64,000 nt of DNA, from positions 2,914,001 to 2,978,000 of the forward strand of contig JAYWIR010000023.1 of NCBI GenBank assembly GCA_036172245.1, given 5' to 3'. The position numbers and the translations under genes were made by a program. The stretch's first letter is position 1. Every line of letters starts with the position of its first letter. The notes below the pieces were generated by a model. That model searched no databases. It saw only the letters and a list, made by a program, of their open reading frames with translations, and was not told the DNA's origin. This document shows positions 35,645-48,900 of this stretch, in pieces. Origin of the DNA: Raillietiella orientalis (lineage: Eukaryota).

Positions 35645-36616
35645 CGGAAACTGTCCTTCACTTATACCGCGCATGTGCTGCCATCTATCAGCAAAGCACA
35701 AAAGCGTCAGGATCCCAGCAGAAGTCGATATTTTTCCAGAGCCCGAAATTCTCCTGTATGAATCTTCCACGTACCCCTTGTTCGTGAGATGTTTGAATCC
35801 TGCCGTTGATTGAATGGTACGGTTCGTTGGACGCAAACTTACCAGATCGTACAGCCGTCTTTCCTCTGCTCAATGGTGTTTGCGATTTTCCAATTTCGTT
35901 TCTCCAGATGAAATTCTCTTATTGCACACGATTCATTTCATTTAATTTTCTGGAGCATTGAAGCCTGGTGGCAAGCGGTAAATTTCAAATCGTTATGTCA
36001 GGAGCAGGAACAAAACGCGTCCACTCGAAAAGACGACAATTGAACTCTTCGGCCATTTCTCTGGACTGGTAATCGGCTGGAAAATGTAACCGAGGGAAAA
36101 GGTCCACTGACGTGAAAGCTCTCGTCTGAGGGTGCTATTCCAAGCTATCAATTAGTATGCTACTGCATGTATACTCACATGTTAAATGGTTGCGATCGTG
36201 TTTCTCAACAGAAAGTCCACAGAGAGGGAAAGCGGAAATGAAAGTGATAACAGCAGCCTGTCCCCACCTTGACTGCGCTTTTTTGATCCCTGCCAACGGA
36301 AGAAGATAAAGCGTCTAAAAGATCCTCAAGTCTCGACAGTAAAAGTGTCCTCGGACTTCTGGAAAACTCCAAGTCTGCTACAAGCAGTGCTTCCAAACTT
36401 GCGAACTTAACAGATGGGGAGCAATGGGTTCACCTCATCAGTCTCCTCACAGGAAGAAGAAAGAGCAATCATGACGAGTGTGGTCCACCTCAGTTCATCC
36501 GGTGAGTAATTCACTGGTTTGAATAAAAGCATCGAAAAAAGCCAAGGGTCCTGTGCACGAACTTGCCACAAAAAAAATTTTTTATTTTTTAAAGAAAGAA
36601 TTTTTAAGAAATGCTT

Positions 36617-36751
36617 TTTTATCAAGCATTTCTTAAAAATCTGACTATCATCCCTGTTTTGAATAAAGTGGATTTGAAAAATGCCAAACCAGAAGAAGTG
36701 GCCATTCAGATGGAGGAAACTTTAGACATTGATCTGTCCACCATCTTGCAT
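36617..36751 (+). pseudogene. GUF1: GUF1/LepA (EF-4) translation GTPase fragment, exon A (G4 motif region)
   Basis: FYQAFLKNLTIIPVLNKVDLKNAKPEEVAIQMEETLDIDLSTILH contains the G4 NKxD motif in the LepA/GUF1 context IIPV.NK.DL..A.PE.V..Q.E. It ends at a GT donor at 36752. Confidence 0.85.
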
Positions 36752-36788
36752 GTTTGTAGTAGTCATGGGAAAGAAACATTTGCTTTAG

Positions 36789-36905
36789 GTATCTGCAAAG
36801 CTGGGATCAGGAGTTCCTGCTCTTCTGGAAGCCATTATACAAAGGATTCCTCCTCCTTGTTCTGAAAAAATGCAAACCCCTTCGAGCATTCTTGTTTGAT
36901 TCTTG
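36789..36905 (+). pseudogene. GUF1: GUF1/LepA fragment, exon B (G5 SAK motif), with +1 frameshift
   Basis: After the acceptor TGCTTTAG| it reads VSAKLGSGVPALLEAIIQRIPPPCSEK. Removing one A from the A6 run at 36865-36870 then gives CKPLRAFLFDSW, ending at a phase-2 donor TG|GTAATT. This matches the GUF1/LepA pattern SAK.G..V..LL.AII.RIPPP...PLRAL.FDSW. Confidence 0.85.
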
Positions 36906-39900
36906 GTAATTCAATTTCCCACTGTTTTGAAAGAGTACCATTTGTTTTGTGGAATTTAGGTTTGATCACTAGCAACTACGCGAATTATTTTACAGCCTCA
37001 GTGTGTATTCTTGATTGCCAACTTATAGATCAGTATTTCACATTCTCACCCTCAATCCCTATATCATTTTTTTTTTTTTTCTAGCAAGAGATAGACTATA
37101 GAATAAGCAGAAAGCAAAGATTGCACGGTAAGCTATCAAAGAAGAGACGACTGTGCAGAGGATGGTGATAATTTGGGGATTATAGAATAATAGTTTTGTA
37201 AACGAAAAGGAACAAATGTACTTTATAATTTAGTTGGCATGTATATGCTTGAAGCCCAGACCTCATGGGGTAGTACACGAATCTGCGGATAGAGGTATGT
37301 CCGTATGGTTATATCCAGATGCATCCAAGGGAAATGGAATGTTCTACTAGCATCACAAGAATAATACGCCGCGTATCGCGCACACACATACACATACATA
37401 CGTCCGTTTTATCTCACCACTCTTTATGCTTTAGGTTTTCGGAATGCAGATACCTTCACGAGGGCTGTGAAAAGCTAGGGGATAATTGGTAAAGGGAGAA
37501 GCTAAAATCAAAAGCTCGAGAAAATGAGTCTTTAATGACATGGCATTCATTTTGTTAAACGTGCATGATGGCTTTCAAAACCGAGTGAGGAGGAGATCGA
37601 GCTGCTCACCCTGGACCAAAGAGCGAGAAACACGACACGACCTGAAAATCCAGAAACTGCGCAAACTCTGCATGGCACTGCACCAGATTTTCGAATTCAA
37701 ATTTCCTTTATGAGTTCAGAGTTCACGGTCAGGTTCCTGTCATTCCCGATGTTCATCCAGGAGGTCGATGTTCCTGCACCACTGCTTGTCCTCAGGATGC
37801 AACGCATGAGAACACAAGTAATCTGAAGTCCCCAGATCGTTCTTCAGTAACCAATTCTATTCAAAACTTCAGCAGTCTGCTCAAAGAGTGCGATTTTTCT
37901 CGCTTAAAGTACTCCTCTGTTAGCTGAATCATCGATTCTATTAATTTTGTTTAAATCTCTGGACACGTAGTGTCTCTGAAAGAAGAGCATTCAAAATCTC
38001 TCACTGTAAAGAATGTGCGGGAACCCAATGTGCACAAAAGGCAGATTTCATCAGGAGAGAGATTTCATGCGAACTCGGTTCCTCCCAGGAACGCACGATG
38101 CAATAAAAACTTGATAGTCCAGCGGAAGCACTTCAGAACAGTTTTTTTGGACTTATAGGGATCCTTGGATCCTGACTGATATCTTTGCCCTTATTCCAAA
38201 ATGAAGACGCAAATATAAACCAGAAGCTAAGACGAAGATCGCATTGGATAAATCATCGCTGGAATAGAAAAGTTTCTTCCGGAAGACGCGGAGAAAAAGC
38301 AGCTTTTCAATGCAAAGAATCTGCAAAAGACGTACAACGACGGCAAGCATGGCGTGCGACCTCATGGACTGCAACGGACTCACATAGGTTCCATACCCTG
38401 CAAAGCTGAAGCTGCCAATTGAACAGGTGAACACTTGAGGGATGATTCCACGAGTCAGAAAGGAGATGAGTGACGAAACTTGTAGAAACTTGCCGCAAGG
38501 TCAGGGCCGGAGGTTATTCCCTGAGCTTGTTTGGATAGATCCACTAATTTCTGGTTGTGACCGGCCACATGACGTGCCAACGCCGTTTAGGCTTCTTGGA
38601 AGCTCCCGTAAACGCCGCAATGACTCTCAACTCTGCCTCGAAAAGCACCCCGAGCTTTTCTTTGGTGTATTGCTGCGACCTGAGAGAAGCGAGAAGCACA
38701 TCCTTCTAGTCAAGTACTTATCCTCTTTGGCAGATTCTTCTCAGATGGCACTGAATGCTTTTCGAAGCATCTTCATGAAATGGCTTTCATCAAAGCTATT
38801 TCATACAGATGTGAGCACACAAACTGCACAGGTGCGTGGCGACGCGGGTTTATCATTCTGTGCTCCAGTTAGTGGAGAAGTCGGTGTCTGCTTGCCGTCC
38901 CAGACCAAAGCCGAGATGGCATCCTGCGTTAGGATGGCCGACTTAACAGTAGGACCTGAGCTGTGGATGTCGAGACCGCACTGTAGGCCGAGGCGTAGGT
39001 AAGATTGGCAAGTGAGAGGAGTCGCATCTTGCCCACCCTTTCAGATTTTTCACCGACACAGTCTGCAGCCAGTTTCTTCGCCAACGGAAACGTTGGGATC
39101 CCGGATTCCATCGCGAGCGCATCTCCGTCCCATTGGAAAGAGCTACTCTGAGGACGGAGGACCGGCGCGGGCGCAGCGATAAAAGCGCTTGCTCCCTTTG
39201 GCGAAACTGCGATCCCTCGAGCAAGCAAGGCAAAGCAGCATCTTCCGGGGAAGCAGCCAATTCCTCTCTCTGTTCTTGATGAAACTGCTTGTACCCATCG
39301 AAGTGATCGATCGGCAGAGCCTTTTGGTTCTTTGCCGGCATCTTTTCAGTTGAATCTGAATTTTTCAATCAGCGGTTGCAACCAGCTGTTACGGCTGCTG
39401 GTGCTTGATCTCTTATCGAGTACCCACTGTATTTCCGCTTTTGTTTTTGTTTTTTTTCCACATAAGTTTTCAGTCAGCAAAAGATTCTTTCTCTCCATCC
39501 CAGCACGGGCCATGTCAGATGGATTTCGTGTCAAACGGACGCTTTTGTTGAGTACCCTTTGGAGAGCGGAACATTTCGTGAATATCCTGCAGAGGAAAGC
39601 ACCTTCAGCACCTTGTCTTGGACTTGCTTTCGATAGGTCTCGATGGCACCTTCCGGAATCGGGTGCATGGCTGCAGCGATCATCCTGGAGCCGTGGCACT
39701 TTCGAAGTATCTGCAACCAAATGTCTTTGGCGTATCACCGTTGAAAACAGAACCCACCAGAGCAGCAAACCCCCCTTAGTTCTGTCTGCCTTGTGGCAAT
39801 GTTCCACTTTCTTCCAAAACCTATTGTTATGATGACTACCTTTCATTGGGTTCTTCTAGCAATTTCCAAGTGATGTCTGACTTTTATTTCCCGCATACGT

Positions 39901-42900
39901 TCATCTTACCTGAATTTTGATTGGCGTTTTAGTGATTTTATAGCTCCTCTGATGTGAGCTAATAAAGTTCAGGACTGACTTCAGCTCACTTGGGGTTCCC
40001 GATGCAGCCATGTTTTCTTCAACCTCTGTAGGGAATTCGGAGCTCAAATAGACAATTATCTTTCGTAAATTCCGCGGACGATTCGCTCTTCCTCTTGCGA
40101 TACGTAAGAATCCGTGTTAACACAAAAATTCCGAGTAATCTTCCCAGGCCTTAACTTTTTCTGGTGAACCGAGCAAAGTGCAAGGCCTGAAGTTTTTTTT
40201 CTCTCTCTCTCTCTCTATCTCTGACAAAAATTATTCATGTGCAGTCTCGGGGAAGCAGCCGTCACGATGAAGAATGGTTTCCTCTCACTGGAGATCCGGG
40301 CAGCCACGCGCTCACTTTGGCGAAAATTCGCGCCCGGACTCTGTTCGCTGCGAAGGTTCCTTTTTGCTCCGGATGATCCTCCGCCCTCGCTCCTTGCCCC
40401 TCCGGGGACGTTCCACCCCCTTTGCCAGGTGGAATCTCGAAAGTCCACAGGGCCCGCGACCAGCCGCCGCCCTTCAAGTCGCAAACCCCGTGATCGCTTT
40501 CTCCTACTCGCAACAGCTACAGGTTGGCTTGCTTATTCCGGTACGTGGAGTGACTGGAGGCGGTGTGAGAAACAGGTAAGTGGCTCCTTTCCGAAAATTC
40601 TTACATCACACAATCCTGTCTCACGTTCTCACTCACGCTACGCGGAACGAGGATCGAGAACTTATCGAGAAATCGCAGAGAGCACGCGGTGCAGTTCATG
40701 TTATCTCGGTTCCTTTCTATGCAACGAAGGGGAGCATTAGTTTGAGGAAAAGGGGGGGAAGGGGAGGGAAATAAAGCTAATGAAAACAAAAGGAAAGGAA
40801 AAGAGTAACCGGAAGGAGCGTGACTCTTTCCGAAGTCCTTCTGGAAACTCCTAGAGACGGTACTGAACGAGAGCTTTTTGTAAGCGACGGTGCTCCAGAA
40901 CAGAAGTTTCTACCAAGTTCTCCGCGCAGTCGAGACCTTTCACCAGGGGAGCACGAAAACCGAACCGCACCATCTAAAAGCCCTCTCGGTATTCTGATGC
41001 AGAGATACCATCGCACTCCTCGCCGTGGAATGAAGAAGGATGAGGTCTCAGCAACGGCTTAAAGAGCCTCTCACGTTAATGTTCTGTCTCGATAATCACA
41101 CAAGGTGTTTCCCATGCGATGGTGCTGTAGAGAAATCATCCGGTTGGCAAGTGACCGCAAAGAAGAGCCACAAGGAAGAGGAAAACGCCTGCAGCCATTC
41201 CTGGAATACCACCCTTTCACGATTCTGTCGCGATGGATGGCATTCGTCCAGCTGAGCTCAGGAATATCCGACGACTCTTGAGGTGTCACGGGGGCACCTT
41301 CCACTGACCTACGGGAGCGCCCAATGGGCGACGTCAGAGAGTCTTTCGCGATCCTGGTGGTACTGACCCTGGACTGCGTAGATAAAGAAGTGAGGATGAT
41401 GTCGTCCCTGGAGCAGAAACGTAAACAGATGCACGTTTGAAGATGAGTTCACGTGACCGTCTCCCACGAATGCCTCAATCCTTTGCCTCTGTGTCACCTC
41501 GAAAGCACTGAGAATACTTGATCCGCTGTTTCACAGCTTCGATAAGCTTCCCACTCCGTAGAGATCCTGTGAAAAAGGCGAAATTGTCCGTTTTTAGGAC
41601 ATCCATTATGCTATATACCGGTTCGCTCTGTCTCCAAAAATACCGAAGAGCATGGGTCACGGTTGGAACACTCTCAATAAAAGATCTAAAAGTGCAGCTT
41701 CGGGTTCGAATTTATTTTCAATTCTCTAAGAACTGACTGGCTTTCCCTCTCGTTGCGGTCCTTGCGGTCCTCTTTGAACGTATCTGTGCTTTACGAGAGG
41801 ACACTACTTTGAACGATGCTTGCCTCCTTGAGTGAGCATCTCTCACACCCTCTATCGAAGGACTTCGTATCGGAAGAAGATATCTCCCGAGTCTCCTTTT
41901 CTAAATAAACAATTCCGCCAAACTTGCGAATCCTCACCGTCCCATCAACACCACCTCTGACAGCATATTACTGCCACGGTACCCAAGCTCACAACATCCT
42001 TTTCTGCAGATCTAGTAACCTTCAGAACTCCTGACCGAGCCTTGCAGGAGCCGATGTTTGACAACCCTATCGGCTATCGTCAAGCTTGCTGATTCTTTTT
42101 TGTTTTTTAAACTGCCAGCCTTGCTCCTGGTCCCACGTTGTGTTCAACTTTGCCGTTGAATCCACCAAAGTCATCTGTGTCTGCGCTGTTGTGACTCTCT
42201 CCAGCCAATAGGCGGTCGAATGGCATCTGATAACCTTCCGTGTCTGCTTTATTCTCGAAGTTGGAATGATAGAGATGGTTTATCTGCTATCTTGCTTAGA
42301 TGGTGAAGTCAAATGTGAGATCTGTTGGAGCTCGCGTTGAGGCTTTAACAACGCCGCTAGAAACCCATCGACTTTCAAAACAGATCTTTGATTTCAAGTG
42401 ATCCATTCAGGTAGTGGGACGCTTTTCTGACCTTTCTCATGGAGATAAAATTCTCCCAAGTTTTCTAGCATCTTCAAAAATCAGCGCTCTTATTCCTTCC
42501 TCCAAGACATCTCTTATTTTTATTTCTTTATTTTTTTTGGGGATCAGTTTTCTGTTGCCGACGAGGAGGGATTCCTCCGTCATGGAATTCATGGTCCACT
42601 GAAGAAAAAGCCTAGCAAGTCCCAAGTGCTGCCTTCAGGACTCTAACGGTGTAGATTGCTGCCACTCTAACATGCTGCCAGTTCCATGGAGTTTTCTCCT
42701 GTCCTTTAAGGATTGGGAGGGCAGCATTCAGAGCAAAGTCTTTCTACTATAAGTGGAACTTCCAGATAACTGTCAAGAACTTCTAGCGGTGAGACCTGGT
42801 TCGTGCTCAGATTTTTCCGAGATGAGTCCACCTCGTTGCGTGCTGTTGCGAGTGCTTTATCTCTTTGCATTATCTGCCCATGAACCATCCTGTTAATCAC

Positions 42901-45900
42901 CGCGAATCTCGTGGTCGAACATTCCTTCTCGCACCTGCATGCCAGGCATCCTGCCTCAGCCAATTGGAAAATCCCCAGCTTCCTGTCGAGAACTCTGACA
43001 ATTCTAGAATTGCCGTTTGGTGCCAGCGGTGGTTTTATGGACGTTGAGGATTTTCCAGGCTCACAAGTTTAACTTTCTCCTGAGATGAGAAATGACGCTT
43101 CTCCTCGATGGTGAGTGGGAGGATCTAAATAAAAAGCTAGAGTGCTTTTTTGTTTGTTCCAAAAGTGAACGGAGTGCTGTCCCCTTCGAGTGCAACTTTT
43201 GAAGCTGGTGATCACTCTGGCATACCAGACTCCTAGTGTCCCCCGAAAGCAGGGAGAAGGAGAAGGCTGTTCCGACTTCTCATCTGCTATCCAATATCCA
43301 GTAATCCTTTCTTGATGATTGGAAACAGCCAATTGGTTAACGAGGAGGCACTCACGACGCATTGGTAGTTTCTGAGTGCAGTCTTTCAATCAGTGTACCG
43401 CTCGATTCTGAGCCATCTTCGGTCACTTCCCTGCACAGTTGGTATCAGGAGTGCTCGGGATCAACACGCACCTCTGGCTTTATTCCGGAGCGTCCCTACT
43501 CAAGGGTGTGAAAGACTAGAGAATTCTCACAGCGGGACGTCGGACTTTTCTTGTCGAGAAAGACCTCCAGTGCCGAAGGGCTCATCGTTTAATCGGACAG
43601 AAGCGCGTCCCAGCACTCATTAATGAACGCTTTCGTCCTTGCACTTTTTGGACCCGTCCCACCTTTGCAAAGAATAAATCCCAAGTCAAGAATGAGTTTC
43701 CCGATGAAAGAAAACAGAGAGCAAACAGAGGATCCGGCAGAAGAGAGCCATGCCTGCAATCAGAATCCAGGATAGACATCAACTCTCAGCGAGACCCGGG
43801 AAGAGGGAGTAAATCCTCCCAATATGGCTATTTTTCCAGGTTCGCGGCTCCACCGTCTCATTCCCGGACTCTAAGTTCGGCTAAGCTCTTCCGTCTATAG
43901 ACTCTTTGCAAGATGCCACACGGGTGAGAATCATCCTCTTTGGATGGATGGAGTAAAGTGCAGTCGCTACTGATAGTTTTATACGGCAGCTGCCGTTTGA
44001 GAGGGACCAATTTCGCCACAGAGACCAATCAGTATTTGAGACACGCATTCTGCGAGACTCTGCTTCTTCGATTTTTCTCAAATGGACGCTGGTGATAAAG
44101 ATAGAGTGGATGAGAATCTGCTTCCTGGATCTCTTCGAGATCAGCGAGGCGAGTCCTCTAGAGCACAGCGTTGGCTTCCCAGCGGCCGAACAGAGGAAAC
44201 CGAACAGCATGATGGAAGAATTCCTTCTGACATTCTCTGAGGCTGTTTTCGACCATCTGTACCAGGACACCTTTTCAGTATGCAGTTTTGGACAGGGAAA
44301 ATTCATTTATGGGAATGTTCTAGATTCAACAGGAAACACTCTCTCGTTGTCCTCGCTATCTGGTTCTCATCAGTCATGAAACATCGTTGGTGACCTCAGG
44401 AAAACCCAATCTGAGGCGATTGGATGTTTGCCTCCTCCGCCTAAGTGACATACGGAAAGAGGCTATCGAGACTCCCATTCCCTTTGGTTTCCACGGCAAT
44501 CAATTGGGATAGCAATTCTTTGGTCAGAGTTTCCAAGTAGGCGGGTTCCCGGCCAAGAGCAGCTTCGTGGTCAGCAAAGCGTTCCTCTGCAAGCACGGAG
44601 TCGGTCTCGATGACGTGCAAACGACTAGAAAAAATCATCGGCGGCGAAACTCGGGAATTCGAACTTTCAGCTCCTGCGGCAACAGCTGGCAGGGACGCAT
44701 CTCAAAATCGCGTGCTCGCAATCTTCCAGTATCGAAATCAGCGGTGATGGATCGCTTGGTGCTTGGTCCCGTCGATCCACTGAACAACTGGTGTGATCTT
44801 ACAATAAATAACAACACACAAAAAAAATCTCGGGAGTTCATCTTCGGTTTCATGGTGCACGGTTCCGTACGAATTTCTTGACGAATGCGCGCCGTTTGTT
44901 ATCTTGTGATTATCTTGTTTTGGTAAAATACGAGTCTTGACTTATCAGGGAAGAAAACAAGCAGCTAACAGTTCGGCCATTATCATCCTGAATCTTGATG
45001 AATGCTTCACATGGAAATCATTTGACGGCTCATGGTACTAAGGTATTTAGAATCGTCTGCTGCTCCCTCGATATTATGGTCAGCACATAGGTAACAGCAG
45101 ATATCGCTGGGCTCTTATATAATCATAAATTCGCTCAATTAGGAAATCAAATGAAAGATTTATATTTTATTCATTAGATCTCTTTTCTTCTTTCTTCTCT
45201 TTCATTTTTCTTTTCTTTTTTTTTTTTTTCTTCTTCTTTTCCTGTCTTCCCTTTCTCATCTCGCAAAAACTCTTTGTCTTTTCGGTCTCTAAAAATCTGA
45301 ATTCAATAGATATGATAATACTTTCCCCTCGTAAACGGTTTGAGAGACTTTACGAATTTAGGTAATTGTTTTTTCTTTATGTGATCGTAAAAGTTTGGAT
45401 CCTAGCACTAGTTCTTGGATCCGTAAATGAATTACTCTCTAATAAAAATATGATCCAGCATGAGTACATGTTAATTTATAGTGCACTTAGTGCAAAGGGG
45501 GAAGAGCAAAAATTTCGTTGTATGATTTTCAGTGTGTTTTAGGAAATCACGAACACCTTTTCCCAATCACGTACAAGAGTGACGACCGTACCAAGCTGGC
45601 ACATGACCACCACCACACTACACTCCATGCTGGCTGCATTCTCACGCCTGCAGAAAGTTTGCTCTGGAACGCTTTCAATTATCCGATGATACATTTGGTA
45701 ACTAAGACGCATGCGGAAGAGAATACGAATGGATGTCGGGATCATTTTATTTAATCTGCATTCCTGTTTCTCTTCTCTCTGTGTGCGTCCGTTTCACTCC
45801 CTCCTTTCCACTTGCTTGGCTCTCTCCTGTCTACACTGGAACCTAAGAAATGAGCGTTGTGATTTTTAAAATGACAGATGTCGAGAATAACATGCGCCCC

Positions 45901-48900
45901 TCGCGAAGCCTGCCCTCTTATGGGTGAATTTCGAACTTTTTTTCCCGAAGTGTGTGTGACAGCAAGGAAACTAGGAATACAAAAAGAAGCAGTTTTTGGA
46001 TAACTGGTTTTGCTTAAAGCCAAGGATTCTGAGGAATTTCTGAGTATTTATGTGAGAGGTAGCTGTATTCCTTCTTCTGACTTTCTACTTCCATGCGATT
46101 TTTCCCGCCAAGACAAATCTGCACCTTCTCGTCGGACTCGGGCAACATCGAGGTGAGGAGGAGGGGGAGAGTGAAAACAGGAGTGCGTTCATTTCCATCA
46201 AAGTGTTGTCGATTTCGCGCGATGAGCACGAAATGAACGCCCTAGAGCTTTTCGTTGGGCCGACCATGCTGCTGACACTTGCTAGGTCGACAGCCAAGGG
46301 AATTGTGCCGGGAGCCTTCGAAAGCGCAGGGGAATTCATTAATCTCGCCAGAAATTGGATTAGGACTCGTTTCCTTATTGCACTTTTTAGCTGGTCATGT
46401 GTCTCGTTCACTCAATAAATCCTCCGAATTCTTCGTTTTTTTTCTCTTCTTCCTCCCCTCCGCCCCCCGCCTTAGCTCTAGCTTTCAGCGCTTTGGAGGA
46501 ACGGAGCAAACAAACCGGCGTGGCGTGACTTTCCAGACGCAACGCTTTAGGTGCACCAAAGAGTTCTTCTCTCGTGGCTGCTCCCGTTGATGGCTTTAAA
46601 AAGGAATTTCTAAACCCGTGAGCTCGGCGACGAGGACTCCCAGTCGCCTGAGAGAACCCGCCTGCCGCGGTTTCCCCCCAACGGGGCGGAGTGAGATGGG
46701 CTTCATTACCTTCTTGTCCAACTCGCTTTCTCCGCTTCGATAGACGAACTTCTGTGATCCATGAATCCTCGTATAATTTATCCTTCCGAGTTTCCGAGTT
46801 CAGTAGTGGGTATTTCATTCACCTGGGATGGAGTTGCCTGGAAACGTGTTGCCAACAAACTCACTTCATAAATCTCCTCGGGAAAACTCGGTATGCGATG
46901 ATTCGAGAAGAGTGAGTGTTTGTGGATACAAGAATGCATAAATAATTTTGTAATAGTCGTTCTAAAATCTGATTCTCCGGAGAAAGAGGCTGGATCTTTG
47001 AATTTTCTTACCAGGTGCCATGGTTCGTTAGTCTATAATTTACTGGCGGTAATTTATTAAGGGTTCGAGCACAGCAAAAGAACAAAGAACGCTTAATAAT
47101 TTCAGAAAGAGGAAGTGTGGGCTTGCGTACCTGCCTCTTACTCTGTACGTTCGGAAGGTACTTGCGGACCGTCACCAATAAAACACTGCCGATCCCTTCG
47201 TTAACTTGTGGCTAATGCACCAGCCCGTGCGATTCGGAAAAGATGGTTGTCTTGGAGAGCGTGGAGAATCAAAATGATAAACTCGTTTCTACAAGCTGGG
47301 AGGGAAAAAAGGAAAAAAAAAAGGAAGAAAGGAAGAAAATGAAAATTGAAGGAGCCGGAGAAAGAAAATGACTTTATTTAAAAGAGTGGTACTGTGGCTT
47401 TAAGCAAGGTGGCATTTGACCCTAATGAAAATCTGCTAGGTAAATCAGAACAGGTAGGCAGGTTTCAATATGAAGATGAGGTTACGCTTCTCGATCAGGA
47501 ACACTCCTAGAGGTCCAGATGCGGTGACTTCAAGCTGTATTGTGCCGAAATTTGCGAGACAAGCGCAGAGCAGGGGAAGAGATGAGAATTCAGGAGCTAT
47601 GAAAGATGATCGGTGCCATTCCTTCGTATATGCTCAACTTATGGGAACTCTTAGAAGCTGGCAAACGAGTGATTACTGTACAACCAGTCTTCGGAGAATC
47701 GAGAGGTCACCGGCTAAATAGTGGGGGGAAACGTCTGGCTTCGAAGCACCTCGAAGAATGGTATCTTACCGTTGCAAATACTACTTATCGAGATGAAAAG
47801 AAACTTCAAAATCCCACTTAATGATGAAGGAGACGGAACAAAGTAGAAGAGAGGTTTCTTCATGGATCTCTATGCTTACCACGGATATAATCCGCTGCTA
47901 TCGATAGGGTGGTTCAGTAATTGACCGATAGCTTTAATACGATTTTGATCCTAGTGGAGAACTCAGACTCAGATTTCTGTGAAGAATAGCAACCCATGCA
48001 TCACTTGCTTAGTTATGCATGTACTAGACATATCCCATTGCTACCATTGTGCATCCTGTTTTCTTTTGTTGCATGTGAATTAGGGTAAGAATTATTTGTG
48101 AAGGTATTGGAAGAAACAGTGACCACAGTCCGCCTCATATTGGGGGAAATGTATTCTTAAAATATTTTTAGTGTCAACTAAATAAATTTTAAATTTAATT
48201 GTTTTAAACTTTGTACAGCTTGCATTCATTCAGGAATATTCGGACGTTTGGATTTCGATCCCTGAAAAAAAACTAGTATCAGTCAGCTTGTGGTTCTGAA
48301 ATTCAGTTTAGCCATAATTTATGCTAGCAACAGCATTTATTCAATTCGAAGAATCTAAATTCACGAACCAGTCAAGTAGGAGACCACGGATTATGGCCAC
48401 GAATGACACTGCGTTTAGTATTAACAAATAGTATTCATTAGCGCTTCCTGAGTCTATGCAAAGTGCAGACGTTCGAACTGCTGCTAAGTCTTCCCGGAGA
48501 TTCATCTAATTGAATGTGTCGCAAAATGGTCATGTGAAAAACACAAACAAGCAATTTTGCGTATTCTGTGAAGAAAAGAGTGAATCGGGTTGCTCCTCTA
48601 GATCAAACTGATCCCATGAGTACCATCAAAACCACATTGACTGTAATGAAAACGGATAAATAAGTGGTCGGATTTTGATCAGCATGTTTTTATACTGTAA
48701 TTTGTCGATTTGAAAATATGAGCTGGGAACCTGGATCATCGTATACTGTGAATATCTTCGTCTGCTGTGAGGCGAGTTTTAGAGAAATCAGTTTTTCAGA
48801 TGCAGATTTATTAATTTCATAATTATTCAATTTTCAAATGTCTCTGAAGACGAGCTGTCGGTTTCTATTCTTATTCTTATCGAATCCTTGCGTTTGTATG

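Noticed and set aside
36752..36865. C-terminal part of track ORF 36611-36865 (VCSSHGKETFALG...)
   Set aside because: Read-through of the intron into the wrong frame; GUF1 homology resumes only after splicing at 36789.
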